From Oopsacas minuta (lineage: Eukaryota > Animalia > Porifera), in NCBI GenBank assembly GCA_024704765.1, contig JAKMXF010000308.1, positions 286,026 to 350,025 on the forward strand: 64,000 nucleotides of DNA, in the 5' to 3' direction. The position numbers and the translations under genes were made by a program. Positions 37,183 through 49,350 of the stretch are shown one piece after another; positions within the stretch are counted from its first letter, which is position 1; every line of letters starts with the position of its first letter. Below the pieces are notes generated by a model. It was given only the letters and a program-made list of their open reading frames with translations. It searched no databases and had not been told where the DNA came from.

Positions 37183-39707
37183 CAGTGCTACTTAACCGAT
37201 GGGGAATTCCCCACTAGTGGGGAATGGTGCTTCTGAGAAATATTATGTAAAAGTTATTAAATGTGGGGACATATTCACTAAAAGTTATTAAATGTGGGGA
37301 CATATTCACTAAAATTCTAAATAATATGTCAAGTTCTGCGAATTTAATGAATTCCAAGAATACATTTAAGTGAGATATAACCATGCAAATCCAAGTGCAA
37401 TCAAATGCTTTTTCATTTGCACTAAATTTTGAATGGTATCTTTGTTTATAGTAAATGTTTATTTGGAGATTGATACTACGTAGAAATTCAATCAATGTGC
37501 CAGTTCTAATTTAGTGAAATTGAACTTGTTTCATACCTGATATTACATATAAATAGTAACAACTTTCAACAATTATTCAACTCAAATGACTCTGATTTAG
37601 AATTATTTTACATTATTTGGCCTCCTCGACTTCTTAAGTCTCAATTTTCTAACTTTCTTACAGTAATTTATATAAGTCAGTGTTTACCATGTCACTGAAG
37701 AGAAAGTATCACGAAGATTATCTCAATTTTGGCTTTACATTCCAGGAAAATAATGGTTATCCACTTCCACAATGTGTATTGTGTATGAAAACTCTTTCGA
37801 ATTCAAGTATGAAGCCGTACCAACTGAAGTAACATCTCACCACAGTCCACCCGGAGCATTCCAAAAATGATCGAGCTTTCTTTGAGCTGAAGGAGACTGG
37901 ATTAAAAAAGGTGAAATTAGATTCCAGTGGAGCATTCCATCAACAGGCAAAGTCAATTGTTCACGCGTCGTATGCCATTGCACTATTGGTGGCAAAAACA
38001 AGAAACCTCATACAATCGGGGAGACTCTCATAAAGCCCTGCATTCTTGAATGTGCTCGGATAGTCCTCAACAAAGATGCCATTAGCAAGCTGGAGCAAAT
38101 ATCCATGTTAAACGACACAATCAAGTCAAGGATTGTTGATATGTCTAACAATATCAAACATCAGATAATTACAAAAATCCAGGCATCTCCCATGTTTGCT
38201 ATCCAGCTGGACGAGTCTACAGATGTGGCTAATCTTTCTCAATTGATGGTTTTTGCTCGTTATATGAATGGTCCGACGATTGAGGAGGAGTTCCTATTCT
38301 GTAAGCCCTTAGAGACGACAACAAAGGCAGAAGATGTCATGGCCGTAGTCTCAACATTCTTTGGGGATATGAATCTTAACTGGAAAAATATAGTCGGGGT
38401 GTGCTCAGATGGAGCACCAGCCATGTTGGGTAGCCGATCTGGTTTTATCTCGCTTGTTAAACACAAGAATCCGAATGTGCTAGAAACCCACTGTTTCATC
38501 CATCGCCAGGCACTGGCCTCTAAAACAATGCCTAGTTCTCTATGTGCTAATTTAGCGATCGTCATTAAAGTAGTCAACTATATCAAAAGCGGAGCGTCCA
38601 ATACCCGCTTATTTCGCCAAATTTGTGAAGGAATGGATGCTACCCATCAGTCTCTCTTGTTCCATACGCAGGTACGGTGGTTATCCAAAGGAAACATGTT
38701 GGCTCGGGTATTTGAACTTAAGGAAGAGGTGGACACCTTTCTTAAGATGAAATGCAAGATGGATCTCCTAACTGAATTTAATAAACCAGAGTTTGTCTCT
38801 CACTTGGCATACCTTGCAGATATCTTTAAAGCTCTAAATGAGCTTAATCGGAAACTTCAGGGCCGAGATACCAACATTATCAGTCATACAGACAACATTA
38901 ATGCCTTCATCTCCAAAAGTAAACTCTGGAGAAGAAAGATCATGGAAGGCAATACATGTTCTTTTCATCGATTGACAGATGTACTCTGTAATGAACCCTT
39001 TTCTGCACAACTTCAAAAAGACATAATGGAGCATCTTGACTGCCTGGGAAGGGAGTTTACTAAATATTTTCCTGGGATTAACACAGAAGATCCATTAATT
39101 GCTATGGTAAGAAATCCATTCAAGTGTGTGGTCGAGACGATTCGAGAGGATATCCAAGAGGAGTTTCTAGAACTTGTCCATGATTCATTTAGCAAGGATG
39201 AGTTCCAAATTCTTAGTCTCTCTGACTTCTGGGCCAAAATGTATTTGGCTTATCCAATCGTCAGTAAACAAGCTCTTAAAACTATTGTACCTTTCTCATC
39301 AACTTATGTATGTGAGTCTGGATTTTCAAGCTTACTTGCTATCAAAACAAAGGCTCGAAACAAATTAGAGGTGAAAGATGACCTGAGATGTTCTATCTCC
39401 TTTACTGAACCCGATATCACCGATCTTGTGCGTAGAAAACAAATACAAAAATCACATTAAAGAATTGAATTACTTATTTACCATTACAAATTTAGTACTT
39501 CCGAAAAATGTACTGAGATGTCATGTTGATTAATTAAAAAATACATTATCTAAATTCAAATATATAAGTTACAAAACTTATAAAACGAGTGGGATTATAT
39601 GGCCGTGTGCTATTGAATATTTAAATAACATTCATGATTTGGTGGGAAATTGATTGACTGAGTCTTCCAAAGTGGGAAATGGCCCCAAAAAAGGTTAAGA
39701 ACCGCTG
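37183..39707 (+). mobile_element. hAT Buster/Charlie-group (ZBED5/SCAND3-like) transposon
   Basis: Imperfect TIR CAGTGCTACTTAACC / GGTTAAGAACCGCTG. Flanks ATTTAGAC/TTCTAGTT share only the central TAG. Confidence 0.85.
37689..39460 (+). pseudogene. Buster-type transposase (one stop and one frameshift in the N-terminus; 451-aa ORF 38105-39460)
   Basis: MSLKRKYHEDYLNFGF..PQCVLC, FAIQLDESTD, VCSDGAPAM, HCFIHRQAL, VRWLS, STYVCESGFS. Confidence 0.92.
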
Positions 39708-40430
39708 TTCTAGTTCGTAAGTTAGCTTAACTTTTATGCGTCCAAGAACAATAGGGTTGCAAGATTTTCAAATGTCCAAACATGCACAAATTTTCATTTC
39801 GACAATCAGTAGTATTTTTGGGGTCTATAACTATTTCAACTTACAGATTGGTTGTAAAACCTGCTTCATTATTTTACTAGTTCATGAATTACCAATAATT
39901 GCTATACATCAAGAGATTCCCTAGGAAAAGCAATTGCATATCTTACTAGCGCGGTTCGTTTGCTAGGTTGCTACGCGCTATCTTACTGCCTCAGGTTAGC
40001 TTAAGTATTTAGCTGCTAATTTTCTTAGTACTTTTGGTCGCCACGCGACGGAATATACTCAGGACTCCTTGTCTCGAGTGTATGAAAAAGCAGAAATTTT
40101 AATTGTTAACTATCCATGGTCCATCAAAATTCCATTAAATGGCCTTCTGCAGTATTACTGGAGGTGATACGTTGCTTTTTGATTAGTAATCTGGGCACTT
40201 TGTGCTCCGGGTATTATGAAATTATTAAATATATCAAAATTCGGGGGAATTTAGATTATTAAGTAAAAAGTCATCATGAAGTAATAATCCCTGATGAGTT
40301 AGTATTTAACCAAAATGATGACGTCAGGACATTTGGCACAATAAGGTGTACCTGTGATTCAAATTTCAAACTTCTATCATGTATATTGGCTAAGCAGTAG
40401 TTAATAATATGATTTTTCAAAAATCCAAAA

Positions 40431-43400
40431 GGTGAACTACGTTATATAAGGACTGGAAACAACAATAAAAAACTGGACCATGGATGAACTACAAGTGCAT
40501 TCGTTTTTTACTATTTATTATTACGAGGGCCACTCAATAAGTTTTGAGCCTGACTATGTTGCGGCTCTTATATAAGTAAACCATTACTTGTTTCGGATAA
40601 ACATGGGATAAATATACTTCGCTAAAAATCTTGTAACTTTATCTTGTATACTTTTCAGATAGCACTAGTTTTATTATCTATGGATTCCTTAGTTACCAAA
40701 TCCTCAATACAGTTATCAAGGCGTGATATTTTTGCGATAATACTTTTTCAGTTCCAACTTCTGAAAACATTAAAAGAATGTAACGAAAATTTCTGTACAG
40801 CCTTTCCAAATAACAAGGTATCTGCAGAAACAGTGAAAAGATGGTACAGAGAATTTATGTGGGAATTTTCATTTTGAAGGCCAACCCCGCCCTGGACCAC
40901 CCCCATACGCTGTTACAGAGGGAATTGTTGAGTCATTTGAGGACATGGTGATAGCAGACCCAAATGTTACATATGAGAGGATTCAGCACGAAATTGGCAT
41001 TTCATCCGGGGCAGTGCACACCGTTTTACACCAATCCCTTCAGCTACGTAAACTTTGTGCCCGTTGGATCCCACATCCCACATCAGCTTCATCCTGAGCA
41101 GAAGCAAAATCGAGTGAAATGGTGCCATGAAATGCTTAAAAATTCAACAATGGCAACAGTAGAGTTGTTTTCAAGATAATAACTGGTGATGAAACATGGA
41201 TCTATCACTATGATACAGAAACAAAGCAGCAGAGCCGTCAATGGTGTGAAATTGGAGAATGTCCCCCAACAAAGGTTCGCAGAACTCAGTACACCAAGAA
41301 ACAAATCTATGCAATATTTTTTAATACAACGGGTGTTAAAATTGTTGTACCTCTTGAACCTGGTAAGACAATTAATTCAACCTGGTATACAGAGAGTTGT
41401 TTGCCTCTAGTCATAAAAAGCAATAATTTTACAGCGTCCTGGCACAGGATTAAGGGGAACTTTTTTGCACCACAATAATGCCAGTTCTCATACATCAAAA
41501 AATGACAAGACAATTCATTGAAGAATCAGGATTACATATTTTGCCACACCCCCCTTATTCTCCAGATCTAGCACCCTGCGACTTCTGGCTCTTTCCTAGA
41601 ATAAAAAATACCTTAAAGGCAGAAATATTTCATCGAATTCTGAACTTGAGGGGGCCCTCAGAGAAGTGATCGGAGACATCAACGAAAATGAATTTAAAGA
41701 AGCTAATCAAGCTTGGTTTAAACGAATGAACAAGTGTATTCAAGCTAAGGGATGCTATTTCGAACAATTGTAGTAAAAATAAATATAGATTGATGCTTTT
41801 TGATACTTAGGCTCAAAAGTTATTGAGTACCCCTCGTAGTTATGAACTTTAAACGATAAATATACCTACTTTAATTGGAAATCGACTCTGAAATTGGACC
41901 AGGGATGAGATAGAAGTCAATTAAATAAAGTATGTTATTATCATAGCATATCATTACTTATAACTGAAATAATAAAATAATAGTAGGTCTAAAACAACCT
42001 GAATATAATAAAGGAATAGGAAACCAAAATCATTACAAAACTGTTAAGTGATTTAGTAGCAGGAACTAATCTAGCTTCTAAATAGATCTAAATATCTTCA
42101 ATTTCCGGGAATCATTCTTACTAGATGTGATTTCAGAGTTGATATTGCGAATTTTATTAGCTAGTATGCAATTAGTACATACACTAAGAATCTTCCTAAG
42201 GATAGTCCAACCAGAGGTACCACAGCCCTTACAATTAGCCCTCCAATGCTAGATAAAATTATCAACCAACATATTTTCAGTCAGCGGAATTAATACCTTT
42301 CTTGATGGCGAGGAATAAAAGTGTTTTCTAAGAGTTTCATTCTCATCAATCTTGATAAATATTTTCCATAATACAACAATTGATTCAATTACTATTTCTG
42401 AAGGCCATTTCATAGAACCACAATCAACACACCTTATAAGATCATATTTAATAGTGTCTGTAATCTCAATATCTTGGTTCTCAGTTAGTTGCTGATTACA
42501 AAGATGGCAAGTGGCAGTTTTAAGATAAGAGTATACAGCGTAACCACCAATAAATACAATTGATTGGAGAACATGAAGGTTGAGGTCAATAGAATTTAGA
42601 TCATGTAACAATTCAGCATACTTATCGCAAGATATATATATGAGAATATTTTCTAGAACAAAACTGGATTCAAATAATTCAGGATTAGTGTAGTTTAGAT
42701 ATCACCAATTAAGATTTCAATTTGTCGTATATCGGTTAATCTACTAAGACTCAAAGGAACTTGGTGTTGGCAACAACTGCTGAAACTGTTAAATCTGAAT
42801 GAATTGATAAGGTAGATAGAATATGTAAAGACTGATTGGCGAATTCCAGCTGTATGATCTCTAAGGTATTACTAGAAGAGTACCAGATCGCCCAATCTTG
42901 GTTAAGGTGTAACTCTGGCAACTCAATTTTAAGATCCTCAAAATTCCCCAAACCGAACCGTAATGAATCTTGTTGATCTTGTATAATGCGATTGTGAAGA
43001 GCTTTAGCAAAGTTTTCCTCTTCCTTAGATTCAAGATTTAAACGCTTTGCTATTTGACTAGTTGTATTCAAGTATGATAGGCACTGCGTTCGGACGATAA
43101 ATTGGTCTAATGCGTGGTATTTCAGAGTAGCTACCATCAGCTTGGAGTGCCCGGTCAACGCGGATAAGATCTTCCTCCCTAAAATGGTGTATGTAAATGA
43201 ATATTTATCCTCTGGAAGGTCTTCGGCTAGATCCCTATGAAGAGCTCTAATCCACTTCCCTTTCAAGTCTTTAGATCATTTCGGTAAACTGAAAACAGTG
43301 CCAGTAGGGTGACTTCTGTAATTAGTTTCGCACCCAAATACAGAACATGTATTTGGCATTAAGAAGTGTCTAAAATACATATAAATAAAAGAAAAAGTTA

Positions 43401-43736
43401 AAACGAAGAAGGAGAAATGTATAAAGACGAAAAATCGGGGAATTCCAATCACGGGAAAAGTTCCCGGTAAAATACAGAATAGAATATTCCAAAACAGTAC
43501 CTGTATTCATTGAATAAAATAAATTAATGATATAATCCAATTATGGTTTAGATGTTATGGGTTATTAATAATATTTTATTTAAATGACTTCTATTTCATC
43601 CCTGGTCAAATTTCAGAGTCGATTTCCAATTAAAATAGGTACATTTATCGGTTAAAGTTCATAACTAATAATAAATAGCAAAAAAACGAATGCACTTGTA
43701 GTTAATCCATGGTCCAGTTTTTTATTGCTGTTCCAA
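40431..43736 (-). mobile_element. Second, divergent THAP/P-superfamily element, internally deleted, with a mariner inside one TIR
   Basis: TIR halves 40431-40523 plus 41837-41940 mirror 43570-43736. THAP start MPNTCSVFGC at 43359 carries an early stop. C-terminal ORF 42249-42611 is homologous to 28839-29345. The catalytic core is absent. Confidence 0.8.
40524..41836 (+). mobile_element. Mariner (D,D34D) element, 1313 bp, frameshifted transposase at about 40680-41773
   Basis: TA TSD, TIR CGAGGG..ACTCAATAA.TTTTGAGCCT, motifs ARWIPH, ITGDETW, HHNNA (D to N), YSPDLAPCDF. Confidence 0.95.
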
Positions 43737-44265
43737 GACTCGAACTTGTCCAAGCCAAGCCCAAATACCCCTGTACGCCAAAACCAGCCCTGGTGGTCTT
43801 CCAGCGATAAAAATCGAATTTCACATTACTTTTGCTTTCTTCGGACGATACTATTTGTATGCAGAAATGTTATAAATAGAATTTCAGTGATTTCTAAGTG
43901 TTTGGGACTAAGGATCACAAAATTTCAAGTGAATCCGATTTAAATTCAATGATCACGAGACATTCATAGCAATGTCCACATATACAACAAGTTGAGAGTT
44001 CAAAGACTTCCGAACCCAATTTTAACTTATAATTGCATGATTACACATTAGTATATTTTAATACCCCTTGTGAGTAATACACCCTCTTAAACATTGTCTT
44101 ATTACTATATGAGAGTTAACATGATAACATTGAATTGAGCGAGCGAAAATTGTAGACTTCAAGCTCTTTGGAGTGTTAATTAATCTACGTAGTTCTGAGT
44201 CAATTGAATATGTTACTCTGGGGGCCGCGTGTTGGACACCGCTGGTATAGATTATAATGTTGGAT

Positions 44266-44424
44266 GGGGCCGTCCAAACGTTACGTAACGCAAATTTCCC
44301 TAAATTTTGACCCACTCCCCACTCTATGTCACGCATTTTTATTGCAATATACAAAGAATGGGGCTGTCACACTTCACATTCCACTTCCTCCCCTTGTAGG
44401 GTTACGTTAAGTTTGAATGGCCCC
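44266..44424. mobile_element. PIF/Harbinger-type MITE (relative of 6418-6571)
   Basis: GGGGCC..AAACGTTAC termini; internal similarity to the reverse complement of 6418-6571. Confidence 0.65.
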
Positions 44425-45118
44425 ATTGTTGTATGGAAATGCATTATTATATATTAATTACATCGTGAGCGGAAAAAATTTAGATTATATTTGCCAAAAT
44501 GTTTGCAGCGATAAATAAGTGTGTAATGGTACAATAATCTAACTTTTGAACGAGCAAGCGTAGCGAGAGAGACAAAATTTCTGGCGTCCAGGGTTGTATG
44601 TGAGTATGTGATGAAGGCTGGCAGGTATGTATTTCACAAGAAATAATATTCTTCAAACCGGACAAAATCGTCCCAAATCCAGACTGCGGGAAATGGCAAC
44701 CCTAAAGGATTCCATGAGCAAGCAATTTGCTAGTTTTATATTGTTGGATGCCATAGATAAATATCGTTTCGTTGAATATCTTGCGAACAAAATGGTTTAG
44801 AATTCACATACTAAATGTGTCAGCGAAGAGATAAGTATATGTTGGCAGAAAAGAAATCCCTGGACGAGCGAGAAAAAAATTTCAGGAATTTTACCCAAAG
44901 TCCTAGGGATTGATGTGACAAAGGTTGGCAGGTATGTTAAGGTTTAAAATGAATCTAAAGTGAGTCGCCCCTCCCCCTCGGTACGCCCTTGGGGCACCTA
45001 AATTGTGTCCAAAGATTGGAATCCCTAAGACTATAAGCCTTTGCATGAATGAATATTAATATTTCATTTGATTCCTTGAACACACTGACAGCTACATAAC
45101 ATAAATATTAGTAACTAA

Positions 45119-45766
45119 TTACCATACGAGCATGTAAAACATAAAGAGAAGAACAATTGAGACAAGTATAACGCTTCCCAACACGAGTGTCTGTCTTGCA
45201 TTAATATCTGTTGAATGTCTTTTGTAGTTAGAAGACTGTGACGCTAAATGACTTACTTTCTCTCCAAGGATTGAAATAAGTTCACCACGTTGTAATACAC
45301 CATCGATGCTCTCAAACATAATTCGATGGACATCTTGTAAATCATCATTTAATCTAACAAACTGGGATTTTGAAGTATTCCTACTATCTTGATATGTTTT
45401 CTTAACCTTTTGAATAGTTGTTGAAAATTCAATGTAAAAGTAGGGCCTCTTGGGTGTTGTTAAAGCATCAGGATGAATTTCTGAAAATGAATTTTCTAGG
45501 TCATAAAGATAAGAAAAAGCAGCACGCTTTGAATAGTTACATTCAAACACGCCTAAATAACATATGCCATTTGAAATAAGATAATGGAATATGATGTTGG
45601 AATCTTCAATAGAACACCGTCTAGGAGAGAGGGGTGAAAATTTTCTGACTATTTCTTTAGCCTTTTTCTGAAAATTTGTCGATAGGTAACAATTTTCTTC
45701 GTTCTCGATAGAGGCAGATAGAGGAAGGCCATCTGATTCCCGAGCAATAAGAGTAAATAACGCCAT
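45119..45766 (-). CDS. SEC22: Vesicle-trafficking R-SNARE SEC22 (longin + SNARE + C-terminal TM)
   Basis: MALFTLIARESDGLPLSAS, FHYLI..GICYL, AFSYL.DL, RPYFYIEF, DLQDVHRIM..IDGVLQRGE, hydrophobic C-terminal anchor. Intronless, 215 aa. Confidence 0.95.
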   Translation of the reverse strand: MALFTLIARESDGLPLSASIENEENCYLSTNFQKKAKEIVRKFSPLSPRRCSIEDSNIIFHYLISNGICYLGVFECNYSKRAAFSYLYDLENSFSEIHPDALTTPKRPYFYIEFSTTIQKVKKTYQDSRNTSKSQFVRLNDDLQDVHRIMFESIDGVLQRGELISILGEKVSHLASQSSNYKRHSTDINARQTLVLGSVILVSIVLLFMFYMLVW

Positions 45767-46579
45767 ATGGTGCCAAACGACAGGCTAACACAAATAAATT
45801 AACTATTAGTTAATTAAACTAACAATCTAGATACCATTTGGAGGGAAAACAACAATTTGGTACATGAAATTAGGTGCAGGGAGAGGGGACGAATGAATAA
45901 AATTAAAATCCCAATATCCAACCCATATCCATGTGGAATTCGGCTATCAAAATCCAATCAATAAATTTCTTGGATCTGATGGATTCCTTTGGACTTTAGA
46001 GAATCCAAATCCATCCGAAATCCATGCAAATTTGATATTTTAAATCCATGACATCCATTATCCATCCGCCTCCGTCTGGGTCCCCAGGACAGTCGCAGGG
46101 GCTAATTTAACTCCTAATAATTCTGTCAATTCTCAATCAATCCATCTGAAAATTGGTCAGTACCTTTGTCTAGAGTGGTGCATTTCTATATTCAATAATT
46201 AGTTCCTATCACACCTTCATCATGCAGGACTCTCAACTCTCGCGATTTTGGGCCTTCAAATACGCAGAATCCCTGGTCTTTTCACAGAAAACTAATACTA
46301 CATTGCAGATCTCATGATTTCGAAAGTTTCCAGGTTGAGAGCCCTGACAATGACGTTGCAAATTTATGATTCTAAATCCCCATAAAATCAGGGCTGGCTG
46401 TTAGTCCTGATATGATGTCGGACAAAAGCACCAAATTTGGTACAAACTTATGTAGGGTGCGCTCGAATTTTTAGAAGGAGAGCAAGTTCTTAGAAGATCA
46501 GGGTGTGATCAGTGGCGTCGTGCAATATGTGCACCTATTGAGTGACCTCTTGGTCGACGCCGCTAGGCTAGCTGAGTCT

Positions 46580-47420
46580 ATTTTCAGGTCATTTTGACGA
46601 TATTTCATGTCATTTTCAGGTCGTTCAGAGTTAGGGTTGCCAGATTTTCCAATGTTCAAACCCGGAAAAATTTCGTTCCGACAATCAGTGGTTTTTTGGG
46701 GGGCAGGGCTCTATGGGCTATGGGCCAGATACCTATCTCTTTTTCAGGTTATGTTTTCACCGAAAGGATTAACTTGAATAAGAGTGCGCACCAATTCTTT
46801 TTGGTAACTACCGGCCGACAATATTAGCCATATTTCTGACATCTACTAAATAATGTTTCAGTTAAATTTTTCTAGTGTTCAGGTGGAATTTGTGCAAAAG
46901 TGAGGAGCTATGTACTTCACAAGAAATATAATCCTTCAAACCCTGACAAATCCGTCCTAAACCCGTATTCCAGAGAAATGGCTCCAACTCGAAATGTTGG
47001 GGTCAAAACTGGACGTCTGACAACCCTATTCAGAGTATTTTCAGCTCATTTCTGGCTTCAGGGAGTTTACGATATTCTTTCTTCTCTGATAATCTTACCT
47101 TGCTAATCCTGTCATTTAATTACTCGTAAATTGAATTAAACTACTTCTATAATACGGTCAACTAGTTTCGAGTATGATATATTTTCAAAGTAACAGGCTC
47201 TCGTCAAAATATATACTAAAAACTGACAATTTATCCGTCCATTGCTTAGTGTATGGTTTCCCCATTGCTAAATTGATTGTTAAATGATCTGAAATTGACC
47301 TGAAATAACCTGATAAATCTTGAGGGAAGCAGGCAATTGCCTGACCTAGCTGACCTGACCTGACCTGTATGAAATAGTTTTCACGATGGTCTGACTATGT
47401 AGGTCCTTTCGACAAGCCTG
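46580..47420. mobile_element. Second copy of hAT MITE family A (5' TIR not seen), carrying a nested insertion
   Basis: 47037-47420 is colinear with about 865-1216 and ends GACAAGCCTG. Confidence 0.8.
46632..47028. mobile_element. hAT MITE with TAGGGTTG termini nested in MITE family A
   Basis: TIR TAGGGTTG(C/T)CAGA, perfect TSD TTCAGAGT. The empty site TTCAGAAT is present in the copy at about 858. Confidence 0.93.
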
Positions 47421-47984
47421 CTCTATTGATATTTCAAATAATAATGAGTCAGAAACAGAATAATCTGACATGAGGACAGGTAGGTCAAAGGTTTTCCTGA
47501 AATATAGTGCCAATTACAATTCGTACCATAATAGAATAATAACAAAAAGTGTCCAGCTAATAGACTGGGAGTGCAGCTCCCCCACCGCGTATACGTATAT
47601 ACCGCACTGCACCAGCCCACCTCAGGGTTATGTATTTTTTTCTTTTCAGGGCGGTACGCTCCACCTGATCCCCTGTGTAAATGCCTCAATGCACCGGATC
47701 CCGACTGATTTGGGCTCCTGGATCTGATAAATATTTCAGGATATTCAATATTATTCGTCCCCTAATGTAGTTCATGTTCTATCCTCAAATCTATGGATAA
47801 ATTCCAAATATTATCCTACCATTACCCCCCAGTCTAAATTTTGAAATGAAATCTCTAGCATCAATTTGAAATATATGCACAAAGGTGTGAAAATATGATA
47901 AATGATGTAGATATAGATTGGAAAGTAGTAAATTTGATATATACATCTTGATTAACATTAAGTAGCAGTTGAAATACAATCTCG

Positions 47985-48394
47985 AGAAGGATTTTGAAAT
48001 ATTGCAAAAGGTGTGAAAGTATGATTAATCAATTATATGAAAATTCGGTGAATTTGTAATTTTCCAACTCTGAAAATCTCAGAGTCGGTCTCTACACACC
48101 GAATTACCCGGACAATTTATTGAAACCTAATCTTTAGCTTGGTTTTGAATTTTTCAGAGAAAGGTGCGAAAACATGATTAATCACCAAAAGGTAAGAAAA
48201 ATTTAGAAAATATTCATACCCGGGGTGCAAATGTCCGACCAAAAATGTATACGTGTGCCGATTTTCATGTGAATTGGATGGCTAGATTTCGCACGACCGC
48301 GCGGACGGACGGACGGAAGTCGCACTTCATCCATGCTATTAGGACATCCCCCTATAAGAGCTGCACTAAACATTCCACCCAAGTTTGCTACATA
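47985..48394. mobile_element. HINE/DINE-1-like (Helentron-associated) repeat; inverted relative at about 52075-52350
   Basis: Both copies carry a (GGAC)n/(GTCC)n microsatellite in shared sequence. The 52350 end reads AAAAACAAG, as DINE-1-like ends do. Confidence 0.5.
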
Positions 48395-48973
48395 CACTCG
48401 ACTCCGGTTAATCGGACCACTTTTGTCCAGAGTAAAGTGGTCCGATTATCTGGAGTGTCCGATTATCTGGAGTGTCCGATTAACCGAAAAATCTTATTAT
48501 CAATAATTTATTGCTAGATAAATATTTCTAGTCAATGGTAATCCTATTGCTAATTGAAAAAAGGAGTAATTGATTGTTGCTTAAGTGATCTTTCAGCATT
48601 TAGGTGAATTTTGCCAGCACAATCATCAAATCAGTTCTTTGGGCCATAAAATAATAATATAATCTAAATTATATGCAAACCTAATCAAATTTTTGATGAA
48701 TATATTGACTTCAAAAAAAATAATGGTGCGATTAACCCAGCGTTTCTTAACCTTTTCATACCTCAGCACCCCCTGTAGTCAGTCTTAGCAATTCAGCACC
48801 CCTTACATGGAACTACAAGTATTACAGTGCCCCTCTGTAACTGTAACTGTAACTGTAACAGGGATGAAATAAGACAAGTAATGCATTGTTTCATAATTGA
48901 TTGTATTTACTTAGATTACTCCATTAAAAATCCAACTCAATCAGAAAGAAAATGTAACCTTAGATATCACGAA

Positions 48974-49290
48974 CAGGCTTGGACCGAGTCATAATTTCCT
49001 GACCCGGTAGACCAGGTTGAAATTTCTGACCCGGTTGTCAAAACATTAATTTTCTATATTACATATCTATATACGTACATAAGAGTATATATGTATATAA
49101 GTATACAGTAGTAATGATACCAAACAAGTTTAGTAAAAAGACTAATGATTCATGAAAATGAAACGTCTAACTAATATTGACTGAATCTTTATGATTTACA
49201 AACCGATATAATTTAATTATCCATAAAGATATAAACCGGGTCAAGTCAAAATCAGTGACCCGGTTGACCCGGTGACCCGGTCCAAGCCTG
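48974..49290. mobile_element. hAT MITE nested in the Buster element
   Basis: TIR CAGGCTTGGACCG, perfect TSD ATCACGAA, subterminal TGACCCGG repeats. Confidence 0.95.
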
Positions 49291-49350
49291 ATCACGAACA
49301 TACCTACTCAAAATTAAATATAGAAAGAGAGGTAACTAAATAAATACACA

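Noticed and set aside
47423-47727. Overlapping opposite-strand ORFs in a locally GC-richer patch
   Set aside because: No recognisable motif appears in any frame.
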